Source: Candidatus Enterousia sp. (GTDB lineage: Bacteria > Pseudomonadota > Alphaproteobacteria > Rs-D84). Taken from it: a DNA stretch of 64,000 nucleotides. Shown piece after piece: positions 24,966-34,220 of this stretch. The stretch lies in the NCBI GenBank assembly GCA_045635825.1, contig JAZTWM010000004.1:7363-71362 (forward strand), given 5' to 3'. Each line of letters starts with the position of its first letter. Position 1 is the stretch's first letter. The notes beneath the pieces are model-generated. The model was not told the origin of the DNA, made no database searches, and was given only the letters and a program-made list of their open reading frames with translations. Position numbers and translations under genes: made by a program.

Positions 24966-27152
24966 ATGAAAATAAGAATTCTTGCGACCTTGCTGGTGTT
25001 AATACCGGGTGTGTCTTTTGCTGCACAGCGTAGTGAACAATCGCGTGTTGGGGTTAATCGTGTGGCAATGGCGGGTGTTCGTGGACCGAATATGACCAAG
25101 ACGTTGTCTTCGACGACTAAGCCGACTGTGCCCTTGAATCCAGGTGACGGTACGGATAAAAACCCAGGGGATGCGGATGATGAAGATGATGTTGTAGATT
25201 CTGGTGATAAAGAAGATTCAACAGATAATGATGCGGATGTTAATCCAGATGCCGGTGATGAAGTGATTACGGACGGTGACTGTCGCGAGGCGTATCGTGC
25301 ATGTATGGATGAGTTTTGCTTGTTAGATGAATCAGAAGGGTATCGTTGTGCGTGTTCGGATAATATAAATCAAGCAAAGTCCTTGATTCAAGAAATTCAG
25401 CGTATTCAGGCAGAGGCGGATAAATTGTACACCGAAGAAGTTGAGCGTATTCAATTGGGGGCCAAGGCTAAGTTGGTATTTGGTGAAAGTGAGGCGGCAA
25501 AGAAGAGTTCGCGTGCATCGGGTTTGAGTTTTGCAGAATGGTTAAAGAGTGGTGATGACGATTCTGAATCTTTGGATGCAGACGAGTATATTGGTGATGG
25601 TTTATATGGAATGGCTGCTGATTTTTGTCAGGCGGAATTAAAGGCGTGTGGTGCCAAGGCAGATATGGAAGAAATGTTGTATCTGCGTCAGGTGACGGCA
25701 GATTGTAAGACGTATAATTATTATTTGGCGGATCAAAAAACAAATGCAGAGTCGAATAAGAGGACGGCAGAAGCGGCGGTTCGTCAGGCCCGTTTGGCGA
25801 TGCTGGATACAACGGATAAATATAATCGTGGTGAATGTTTGTTGGCGTATCGTTCTTGTATTGCAGACAAGGGTGGGTGTGGTAACAATTTTGAAAACTG
25901 TTTAGATGCAGATTTGCTGGGGCGTCGTGCACATGCGTGCGAAAATGTATTAGATCAATGTATGGCGTCACGCAGTTATGTTTTGCAGGACTGGGAGGCC
26001 GAGGCTGAGGCTATTTTAGTAGATGCTGCAAAATATGCGGATAAATATCGCAGACAGACATGTTTGGCACAGATTCAGGTTTGTTTAGAAGATGGTTGTT
26101 CGACTGCAACGAATTCGGCGTGTTTGTCCGATGTGAATGTTGCAGCAGGTGTTTGTCCGATTATTGATGAGTGTGATTCTATTATCCCAGGGTTAAAGAC
26201 AGTTGTTAATGATAAGTTGGGATATTTGCGTACACAGTTCTGTCAAAATGATGTTGATGCGTGTTTGAAGGATAAATGTGGTGCGAACTTTACGGCACCC
26301 GAATGTATCGGTAAAACGCCTGCACAAATTGTTGAATTGTGTCCACAGACAATGTTCCCATCATGTAAGAACGAAACGCAATATGATATTATTGTATCGG
26401 CGGCGGTATTGCAGATGGATTATCAGTTGATGCAGGGGTGTGTGAATTATTTTGGTGAACAGTTGGGTAAGACATGTGGAACAGACATGTCATGTTTGCC
26501 AAGCGATGATACTGTTGTTGGGTTGACTGATGTTCCGGGGTCTGAACAAGAAATGATTGAATTGCGTGCACGTGTGCGTGATAATGCCAAGGTTGCGGTT
26601 GATGGCTTCTTTGAAAAGTTTGAACAGGATAAGACGGTTGCAGCCTGTGCTGATGCTGAAAAACCAACAGGTAAAAATAGTTTAGGGGTCACTGTATTTA
26701 ATACGGCAAAGTTGATTGCGTATATTGGTGCAGAAAATCGTGCAATGCGTGAATTGGAAACCAAGATTTCCGAATTGTCGCGTAAACAGGATTTGGCCAA
26801 GGCAGAAGAAACATGTTATTCTATGTTCAAGCCAGAGACGCCAAAAACAGGTGATAAGAACTATAGTTATATTCGCAGTGTAGTTTTTGAACCAGCGTTG
26901 CGTAATTGTCATGTGTGCCGTATGCAACAGGTTTGTGAAACGGGTGGTGAATCCAAGGCAACGTCTGCATTAAAAGCGGCCGGCGGTGGATTGGCCAGTG
27001 GTGCTGCAATGGGTACAATGGTTAATGCAGGTTGGGGTACGGCCATTGGTGGTATCGTTGGTGCGGTTGGTGCCGGTATCGGTGGTGCATTGTCTGGTGG
27101 ACAAGAAGAGTTCTGTCAGCAGATTGAATCTTGTGAAGATGTTAATATGTAA
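24966..27152 (+). CDS. secreted cysteine-rich repeat protein (family member B)
   Basis: 728 aa. Signal peptide MKIRILATLLVLIPGVSFA and an acidic linker, then DCREAYRACMDEFC-x9-CAC. Modules ECLLAYRSCIADKGGCGNNFENC and FCQNDVDACLKDKCGANFTAPEC. Gly-rich hydrophobic segment at aa 668-712 and tail IESCEDVNM. Confidence 0.85.
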   Translation: MKIRILATLLVLIPGVSFAAQRSEQSRVGVNRVAMAGVRGPNMTKTLSSTTKPTVPLNPGDGTDKNPGDADDEDDVVDSGDKEDSTDNDADVNPDAGDEVITDGDCREAYRACMDEFCLLDESEGYRCACSDNINQAKSLIQEIQRIQAEADKLYTEEVERIQLGAKAKLVFGESEAAKKSSRASGLSFAEWLKSGDDDSESLDADEYIGDGLYGMAADFCQAELKACGAKADMEEMLYLRQVTADCKTYNYYLADQKTNAESNKRTAEAAVRQARLAMLDTTDKYNRGECLLAYRSCIADKGGCGNNFENCLDADLLGRRAHACENVLDQCMASRSYVLQDWEAEAEAILVDAAKYADKYRRQTCLAQIQVCLEDGCSTATNSACLSDVNVAAGVCPIIDECDSIIPGLKTVVNDKLGYLRTQFCQNDVDACLKDKCGANFTAPECIGKTPAQIVELCPQTMFPSCKNETQYDIIVSAAVLQMDYQLMQGCVNYFGEQLGKTCGTDMSCLPSDDTVVGLTDVPGSEQEMIELRARVRDNAKVAVDGFFEKFEQDKTVAACADAEKPTGKNSLGVTVFNTAKLIAYIGAENRAMRELETKISELSRKQDLAKAEETCYSMFKPETPKTGDKNYSYIRSVVFEPALRNCHVCRMQQVCETGGESKATSALKAAGGGLASGAAMGTMVNAGWGTAIGGIVGAVGAGIGGALSGGQEEFCQQIESCEDVNM

Positions 27153-27186
27153 GTTGTAATTGTTACGAGGTTTATGGAGAGAGAAA

Positions 27187-29682
27187 ATGAGACATTTTGG
27201 TTTTTTGTGTTCTGTTTTTGCGTTGTTGGCTGCGTTGCCTGTTGCTGACGTGTCAGCAGCGGCTGCAAAAAAGGCGACAAAACAGTCTGCGATTCAGTCT
27301 GGAACCAAGGTTCGTACCAAGACAGATGCGTCTGGTTTGTATGATCAGGAATGTTATGATGCGTATTATGGCTGTATGGATCAATTCTGTATATCTGAAA
27401 ATGAAAATGGTGGCAGCTGTGCGTGCAGTGATTTAAGTTTGCAATATGATAAGCAATTTTTGGAAATTCAGGAAATCTTGGCCGAGGCAGATCGTATTTC
27501 AACGGAAGAGGTGGAAAAGGTAAAAGCCGGTGCAAATGCGGATATTGTTTTCACAGGAAAACGTGAATATGATGATGATGGAAATCTGGTTGATGTAGAT
27601 GATATTGGGAAAAATGATAAGTCTAAAAAACGTGCAGATTTGTTGTCGTTGTGGGATGAAAATGTTGAGGAAGACGAAGAAGAATTTGGCAATACAATTG
27701 GTAATATTGCAGATTTGACGGGTGCGGCTTTGTACAAAGCGGCAGAAGAACTGTGTTTGGATCAGGTTCCAGATAGTTGTGAATCAGATTTGCCTTTGTT
27801 GCAAAGTATGTATTCCAGACAGATTACATCGGATTGCAAAGGTTTTGAAAATAGTTTGAAGGCCAAACGTATAGAGGCGGATAATGCATTGGCGGCTGCA
27901 AATGCAGATGTGCGTAATGCATTAAAAGAAAGTTTTGACAGTGCAAATAAGTATGATTTGGGTCAATGCATGGTTGCCTTTAAAAAGTGTATGCAGACCG
28001 ATGATGCCTGTGGTAAAAATTGGGAAAATTGTGTTGCGACAATAGCCTCGGAAAATATGCAGAATAACAAAGCACAGAGTACGGCTGGCACAAAGGTTAA
28101 GACGGTTGATGTTTATGATATCACTGCATCAACAATGGAGGTTTTGGATTCCAAGCGTATGATATGTGAAAACGTATTGGGGCAGTGTATGGCGGTGCGT
28201 GATAAGGTTTGGCCCGCATTCCTGCGTGAGGCGGCACCAACAATCAAGGTTGCAGAAGCGTCTGCAGAATCAAAGTTCCGTCAATCGTGCTTAAGCAGTA
28301 TTTCCACATGTATTCACAAGGCCTGTAAAGATGATATTGCAGGCAAGGGGGTAGAGACAATGGATGCGTGTTTGTCACGACCAGATATGGCACGCAGTTT
28401 TTGTAAGGTTGAAATTGACCCTTGTGAAAGAATGGAACCGCTGATTTGGGGATATGTTGTTGATAAATTGGCGGCGATGCGTGTTGATGCATGTACACAA
28501 GAGGTCAAAGATTGCTTTACAGCAGACACACGTTGTGGCAAGGATTTTGAAAATTGTATTGGTATGGACTATGACTATATCCATGATATTTGTCCAGTTG
28601 ATAGTTTGGTTGTCTGCAAGGCGAATAATCCTGCTTTTTCAATGGATGATTTAGATTCTATGCTGATGGGATTGTATTTGAACATTGATAATGCAGCACT
28701 GGATCAATGTCAGGATTTGATTGACCGTAAAATGGCCGAGGTTTGTGGCAGTACAACAGACTGTAACAGGTTCGCGGCCGATGATACCATTGGTGCGGGC
28801 AGTATTCGTTCCCAAAAAGATGGGACTAAATATCGTGTGACGGGAATGATTTCATTTGGATCAATTAAAATGGGATCGGCCAATGGTTTAACACGTGACG
28901 AAGGGGATGATGAGACAACACGTTTGAAGCCAGGTGAGATTGGTGTGCAGGAATATTTGACACGTGTTCGTGAATTGAATGCAGGTGTGCCAAATGCGGA
29001 TGGCATTATTGCATCGATTGAAGAAGAATTGAATAATATTGCGGGTACCATTAATCGTACAATTGAAATGATTGAACAGGATCCAGAAATTCAGTTCTGT
29101 GTAAGCGGGCGTGATTTGTCACAGATTACAGGAAAGAAGGGCGATAAAACAAGTGCCCGCTTCCCAAATCTGCTGAATCAGGTTAAGTTACAGATTGCGG
29201 TCTCGGCATTGCGTCAGGCACAGGATAACTATAATGCCAAGTTTAATCAGGCAGTATCTGAGGCGACCAAGGATGCGGATGCGGACCTGGCACAGTATAT
29301 GTGTCATAAGATGGCTGAAAACAGTGCGACAACTTTGAAAAGTCCAACGGTTGATTTGGCACCGCCATATGCAATTAGTTACGAGGTTGGAACTGGACTG
29401 ATCGCAGAAGATTTAACAGCCGGTGGTCATGGTAAGACGGATTTAGGTAAGGTTAGTTATAAAAATAGTGGTTATTTGGGGAAAAGCAGTGGGGATTTGA
29501 ATGCTGGTACCAAAGAAACAACAGCGATATTTAATCGTGATACCAGGGTTTGTCACATCTGTACAACAACTGTTACCCAGTCTTGTAAAACAACAGGGTC
29601 TAAGTCGTGGTTCCATAATAACAGAAACACGTCTTGTACAACAAATGCACCGATTGAAAAGTGTGAAGATGTACAAATGTAA
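27187..29682 (+). CDS. secreted cysteine-rich repeat protein (family member C)
   Basis: ATG at 27187 (RBS GGAGAGAG) gives MRHFGFLCSVFALLAALPVADVSA, followed by ECYDAYYGCMDQFC-x9-CAC. Modules QCMVAFKKCMQTDDACGKNWENC and ACTQEVKDCFTADTRCGKDFENC. Tail IEKCEDVQM. Collinear with member A but lacks the Gly-rich hydrophobic segment. Confidence 0.85.
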   Translation: MRHFGFLCSVFALLAALPVADVSAAAAKKATKQSAIQSGTKVRTKTDASGLYDQECYDAYYGCMDQFCISENENGGSCACSDLSLQYDKQFLEIQEILAEADRISTEEVEKVKAGANADIVFTGKREYDDDGNLVDVDDIGKNDKSKKRADLLSLWDENVEEDEEEFGNTIGNIADLTGAALYKAAEELCLDQVPDSCESDLPLLQSMYSRQITSDCKGFENSLKAKRIEADNALAAANADVRNALKESFDSANKYDLGQCMVAFKKCMQTDDACGKNWENCVATIASENMQNNKAQSTAGTKVKTVDVYDITASTMEVLDSKRMICENVLGQCMAVRDKVWPAFLREAAPTIKVAEASAESKFRQSCLSSISTCIHKACKDDIAGKGVETMDACLSRPDMARSFCKVEIDPCERMEPLIWGYVVDKLAAMRVDACTQEVKDCFTADTRCGKDFENCIGMDYDYIHDICPVDSLVVCKANNPAFSMDDLDSMLMGLYLNIDNAALDQCQDLIDRKMAEVCGSTTDCNRFAADDTIGAGSIRSQKDGTKYRVTGMISFGSIKMGSANGLTRDEGDDETTRLKPGEIGVQEYLTRVRELNAGVPNADGIIASIEEELNNIAGTINRTIEMIEQDPEIQFCVSGRDLSQITGKKGDKTSARFPNLLNQVKLQIAVSALRQAQDNYNAKFNQAVSEATKDADADLAQYMCHKMAENSATTLKSPTVDLAPPYAISYEVGTGLIAEDLTAGGHGKTDLGKVSYKNSGYLGKSSGDLNAGTKETTAIFNRDTRVCHICTTTVTQSCKTTGSKSWFHNNRNTSCTTNAPIEKCEDVQM

Positions 29683-29683
29683 T

Positions 29684-29712
29684 AAAAAACCGCCAATTAA
29701 TGGCGGTTTTTT
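29684..29712 (+). terminator. rho-independent terminator
   Basis: ACCGCCA-ATTAA-TGGCGGT followed by T6. Confidence 0.85.
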
Positions 29713-29795
29713 GATTGTAAAAAAATCCTAGACAAAAGGTGTTTATGCTGTGATATAATTATCGCATAAACCAAAATAAACCAAAGGGGACAAAT

Positions 29796-30182
29796 ATGAA
29801 AAAAATTTCAATGTCTGTTTTGATGGCTGTGTTGGCAATTGGTTCTGCGTCTGCGGAATTTGATGGGCCAAGTATGCCACAGGCAACTGCGACAAATCAA
29901 AAAGGTGGTTTTGTTGGTGGGGCCGAAACAATTGTTACTGTTAAACAGGTAAATGAAATGCGTGATGATGTGCCCGTGATTATCAAGGGCAAGATTGTTC
30001 AGCGTATGGGCGATGAAAAATATCTGTTCGAAGATGGTACAGGATCAATCACCATTGAAATTGATGATGACAGTTGGCGTGGTCAAACGGTTAGTCCAGA
30101 AGATACAGTCAAAATGTATGGCGAGGTTGATCGTGGATTCTTTACAACAGAAATTGATATAGATTATGTTGAAAAAATGTAA
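29796..30182 (+). CDS. YgiW/YdeI-family periplasmic OB-fold (BOF) protein
   Basis: 128 aa with a signal peptide. TVKQVNEMRDDVPVIIKGKIVQRMGDEKYLFEDGTGSITIEIDDDSWRGQTVSPEDTVKMYGEVD matches the YgiW pattern. Confidence 0.85.
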   Translation: MKKISMSVLMAVLAIGSASAEFDGPSMPQATATNQKGGFVGGAETIVTVKQVNEMRDDVPVIIKGKIVQRMGDEKYLFEDGTGSITIEIDDDSWRGQTVSPEDTVKMYGEVDRGFFTTEIDIDYVEKM

Positions 30183-30183
30183 A

Positions 30184-30210
30184 TAAAAATCCCCATTATG
30201 GGGATTTTTA
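30184..30210. terminator. bidirectional hairpin terminator
   Basis: ATCCCCA-TTA-TGGGGAT with flanking A and T runs, between convergent genes. Confidence 0.8.
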
Positions 30211-32982
30211 TTTGCCCCAGACTGGGCCAATGACATATTCTGCCACCAATGGTATGCTTAATTTTGTGATGTTTTCCATGGCAGATTTAATTTGTAATGC
30301 AAAATCGTTGGCGTGTTCGGTTTTGCATTCAAATATTATTTCATCGTGTACCTGCATTATCATTTGGATTTTGTCAGGGTTTTGCTGTATGATATTTTTA
30401 TCAATTTCCACCATTGCACGTCGCATCAGGTCCGCTTCGAAACCTTGGATTGGGGCATTTACAGCTGCACGCATTGCATATGCACGCATACGTGGATTTT
30501 TTGCATCTGGTAGTTCAATGCGGCGGCCCCATGGTGTGTAAACACAGGCGTGTTCGGTTGCGAAAGCCTTGGTTTTATCAATATATTCTTTTATTTCTGG
30601 CAGGCCAGACATATATGAATTAATTATGTTTTGGGCGTCTGTCCTGCTGATTCCCAGTTGACCCGCCAATCCAAATGAAGATATTCCATAAATGATGGAA
30701 AAGTTTACAGTCTTGGCGGCACGACGTAAATCGCGTGGTACGGATTGATTGTCTGGGATGTTAAATATTTTACGTGCGGTTTGTTCATGTATGTCTGCAC
30801 CGTTATTAAATGTTTCTTTGAATGTTTGGACATTTGCCATATCGGCCAATAGACGTAATTGAATCTGAGAATAATCAACTGATATTAAGGTGTGTTCGGG
30901 GGATGCGATAAAACATTTGCGAATTTCTTCGCCCAGTTCTGTTTTTATTGGTATGTTTTGCAAGTTAGGGTCGCGACTGGACAGGCGTCCGGTGTTTGTA
31001 CTGGTTTGTAGATATGTTGTATGTATTCTGTTGTCTGTTGCAATTTGGTGCGGCAATGCGTCTGCGTATGTGCCAGCCAGTTTGGCGATTGAACGCCAAT
31101 TTAGTATTTTTTCAATGATTTGGTGTTGGTCAATCAAATCGTTCAAGGAATCTGCATCGGTTGAACGCTTCTTGTTTGCGGGTAACATTAGTTCGTCAAA
31201 TAGGACAGCCCCCAGTTGCTTTGGGCTGGCGATGTTAAATTCGTGACCGGCCAATTGCCATATTTCTTGTTCAAGTGTACGCAATTGTTCATGAAAGACG
31301 AAGGATAGGTGTTGCAGTTTTTCTTTGTCAACCATAACCCCCAGTTTTTCCATTCGCATCAATATTGGCATCAAAGGCAAATCGCATGTTTCGTATAAAT
31401 TACACAATTCTTCATTGGCATTTAGTTCTGGACGCATTTTGTTGTACAGGGCATAACATATGCATGCGTCTTCGGTTGCATATGGTGTTGCAACGTCAAT
31501 AGCCAGTCTTTCAAAGTGCATGTCTGCGTCACGTGTTTTGGGCGGGAATAAAGATGCAAATGTAATGGTGTTATGCCCCAGGTATTTCAGGGCCAGTTCG
31601 TCCAGACTGTGTCCATGTTGTGCGCCGTTAAGTATATATGATAGTAACATGGTGTCGTCAATTGGATGAATTTGCTTGGTGTCCCATCCTTCGTTTTCCA
31701 TTATGTGTAAATCATATTTTAGATTGTGGCCGATTTTTGTAATCTGGGGGTTGGTAAGTATTGGCCACAGGTGCTTGTATACTGTATCGGGGGATAATTG
31801 ATTTGGGGCGTGTTCGTCTGTGCCGAATAAGTCTGTGCATCCAATAGTGTGACGGATTGGAATATATACGCCATGTGTTGAATCGGTTGCCAATGATACG
31901 CCGACCATACGTGCGTTGGTTTGGTTCAGGCCGGTTGTTTCTGTGTCAATGGCTAATATTGTTTTTACGCCTGATAAAAATTGTGTTAATTCATTCTCTG
32001 TTGTAATTGTTGTGTATTTGATGTCCAGTTGTGTTTGTGTTTTTTGGATGTCTGTGTCATTTGTGACTGGGGTTGGACATGCGTTGCCGGTAAAGTTAAA
32101 TTCAAGGGCAGGGGTGCTGAACTTTTCTATCGGGAATAATTTTTCAATTTTTGCAATTAATGATTTGCTTTCGATTTTCTTGCGAATAAAGTCCAGTGCA
32201 GATGGTGTATTGAATCTAAAAGGTTTCAGTTCCAGACCAGATAAATCAACATCGTCTTTTAGCGTGACCAGTTGTTTTGATATGTATGCCATGTCACGAT
32301 TGTCACGCAACAGATTGCGGGTACGTTCATTTTTTACCTGGTCCAGATTGGCATATAAATTATCTAAGTTGCCAAATTGATTTATCAATTCAGCGGCTTT
32401 TTTTGGGCCGATTCCTGGAACACCGGGAACGTTATCGGATGAATCGCCCATTAATGCCTGAACATCTGTTACCTGGGATGGGGTGACCCCAAACTTTTCA
32501 AAAACAGCGGGTTCACGAATGTCGCATCCCTTCATCCCGTCATAAAGGTAGACACAATTTGATACCAATTGCATCAAGTCTTTGTCACTGCTGATGATTC
32601 GGGTGGCGTCAGTACGATTGCAGTGTGTGCGTGCCAGTGTGGCAATGACATCATCTGCTTCGACACCGGAGACGCACAGAACAGGTATGCCCATCGCAGC
32701 CAGACCTTCGCGTATTAGCAAGCCCTGGGATATTAAATCGTCCGGTGTTTGGGTGCGATTCATTTTATAGTCTGGGTATATATCTTGGCGGAATGTGATA
32801 CGTGATGCATCAAATATACATACGAATTCGTCTTCTGGTTTGGCGGTGGCCAAGATCGGCAGAATCATATTGTAGAAACCATATACCGCACCTGTTGGTG
32901 TGCCATCGGTTCGTGTTAGGCGACTGTGTACACCGTAATAGGCACGAAATAATAATGAATTTCCATCAATCAGCGTCAGCAT
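30208..32982 (-). CDS. polA: DNA polymerase I
   Basis: 924 aa. 5'-nuclease N-terminus MLTLIDGNSLLFRAYYG. 3'-5' exonuclease region AIDTETTGL. Polymerase motifs SVDYSQIQLRLLA, RRAAKTVNFSIIYG and QVHDEIIFE. Confidence 0.97.
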   Translation of the reverse strand: MLTLIDGNSLLFRAYYGVHSRLTRTDGTPTGAVYGFYNMILPILATAKPEDEFVCIFDASRITFRQDIYPDYKMNRTQTPDDLISQGLLIREGLAAMGIPVLCVSGVEADDVIATLARTHCNRTDATRIISSDKDLMQLVSNCVYLYDGMKGCDIREPAVFEKFGVTPSQVTDVQALMGDSSDNVPGVPGIGPKKAAELINQFGNLDNLYANLDQVKNERTRNLLRDNRDMAYISKQLVTLKDDVDLSGLELKPFRFNTPSALDFIRKKIESKSLIAKIEKLFPIEKFSTPALEFNFTGNACPTPVTNDTDIQKTQTQLDIKYTTITTENELTQFLSGVKTILAIDTETTGLNQTNARMVGVSLATDSTHGVYIPIRHTIGCTDLFGTDEHAPNQLSPDTVYKHLWPILTNPQITKIGHNLKYDLHIMENEGWDTKQIHPIDDTMLLSYILNGAQHGHSLDELALKYLGHNTITFASLFPPKTRDADMHFERLAIDVATPYATEDACICYALYNKMRPELNANEELCNLYETCDLPLMPILMRMEKLGVMVDKEKLQHLSFVFHEQLRTLEQEIWQLAGHEFNIASPKQLGAVLFDELMLPANKKRSTDADSLNDLIDQHQIIEKILNWRSIAKLAGTYADALPHQIATDNRIHTTYLQTSTNTGRLSSRDPNLQNIPIKTELGEEIRKCFIASPEHTLISVDYSQIQLRLLADMANVQTFKETFNNGADIHEQTARKIFNIPDNQSVPRDLRRAAKTVNFSIIYGISSFGLAGQLGISRTDAQNIINSYMSGLPEIKEYIDKTKAFATEHACVYTPWGRRIELPDAKNPRMRAYAMRAAVNAPIQGFEADLMRRAMVEIDKNIIQQNPDKIQMIMQVHDEIIFECKTEHANDFALQIKSAMENITKLSIPLVAEYVIGPVWGK

Positions 32983-33016
32983 GTTGGGTTCCTGTTTTTT
33001 TTGTGTTTGTTAAATA

Positions 33017-33565
33017 TTAGAACATATAACGCAGTTTTATACGGCCGTCATATTGCAATAAGTCTGTGTCAATGTCCTTGGATAGGTTTGGTGTGTATAG
33101 TATTCGACCCTCGATATCGATGTTAAAGGGCATGATTGGCAGATCTAGTGTTAGCCCAACCATTGCTTGGTATGCTAATTTATCTGTAATTTTTATGTGG
33201 GTGTTTGTACTGTTGTTTTTATATTTGCTGTTGAATGTGATACCAAATCCAGCCCCTAAATATGGCTTTACAATTGGTGTTGGGAACTTGAAATAGGCGT
33301 TTGCCATGCCAAGGTTCATTTCCAGTGAATCTGCGTCCAGCTTATTGTATTCCAATTCCAGTCGGAATAGGGGGATGTCCATGCCAATCAGTACGCCATA
33401 TGCATTTGATGATGCGGATGTGTGGTGGTCGTTCATAAATATTGTATGTCCCCCAATGCCATATGTGGCCCCACCATAAAGGTCAAATAATAAATTGGCA
33501 TGTGCGTTGGCTGTGCCAAGTGCAATCATTGCTGCGGTTATTATGGCTGGTGTTTTTGCTTTCAT
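33017..33565 (-). CDS. small outer-membrane beta-barrel protein (OmpA-like/opacity-type 8-strand family)
   Basis: 182 aa. Signal peptide MKAKTPAIITAAMIALGTANAHA, alternating hydrophobic strands and a C-terminal ...KLRYMF. Confidence 0.75.
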   Translation of the reverse strand: MKAKTPAIITAAMIALGTANAHANLLFDLYGGATYGIGGHTIFMNDHHTSASSNAYGVLIGMDIPLFRLELEYNKLDADSLEMNLGMANAYFKFPTPIVKPYLGAGFGITFNSKYKNNSTNTHIKITDKLAYQAMVGLTLDLPIMPFNIDIEGRILYTPNLSKDIDTDLLQYDGRIKLRYMF

Positions 33566-33611
33566 GTTTTATCCTTTGTGTGATAATATATTAAAAAAAA
33601 GAGCAAGAAGT

Positions 33612-34133
33612 ATGCAAGAAAATAAACCGTTTTTGATTGTGGGGTTAGGAAATCCAGGGGGGCAGTATGCCAGTACGCGTCATAATGTTGGATTTATGGC
33701 GATTGATGCCTTGGCTGGTGATGATGTGACGTGGAAGTCGGAAAAGAATGCGATGACGGCACGTGGTGAATTGGATGGGCGAAAGATAATTTGGGTAAAA
33801 CCACAGACCTTTATGAATAATAGTGGTGTGGCTGTTCAAGCATTGATGACTTTTTATAAGGTGCCGTTGGAAAACCTGGTTGTTATTCATGATGATATGG
33901 ATGTTGCAATTGGTGCTATGCGTGAAAAAGTTGGTGGTGGCAGTGCAGGGCATAATGGTATCAAGTCGATAGACACACATGTTGGACGTGATTATCGTCG
34001 CATTAGAATTGGGGTTGGGCATCCACGTGATTTTGGTTTGCCAATGGATCCTGCAGATTGGGTACTGGGACGTTTTGGTGCAGAGCAGTTAGATGCGATT
34101 GGGTGTGCCATTTCGAATATTAAATTATTTTAG
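33612..34133 (+). CDS. pth: peptidyl-tRNA hydrolase
   Basis: ATG at 33612 gives MQENKPFLIVGLGNPGGQYASTRHNVGF, the canonical Pth N-terminus. The ORF-track upstream extension overlaps the OMP gene. Confidence 0.9.
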   Translation: MQENKPFLIVGLGNPGGQYASTRHNVGFMAIDALAGDDVTWKSEKNAMTARGELDGRKIIWVKPQTFMNNSGVAVQALMTFYKVPLENLVVIHDDMDVAIGAMREKVGGGSAGHNGIKSIDTHVGRDYRRIRIGVGHPRDFGLPMDPADWVLGRFGAEQLDAIGCAISNIKLF

Positions 34134-34220
34134 AGTGTTTTGTATGTGTTTTTTATGCTTTACTAAGTGTATGAAAAATCGTATAATAACAGGGATTAAA
34201 GAGAAAGAAGGAATTATACA

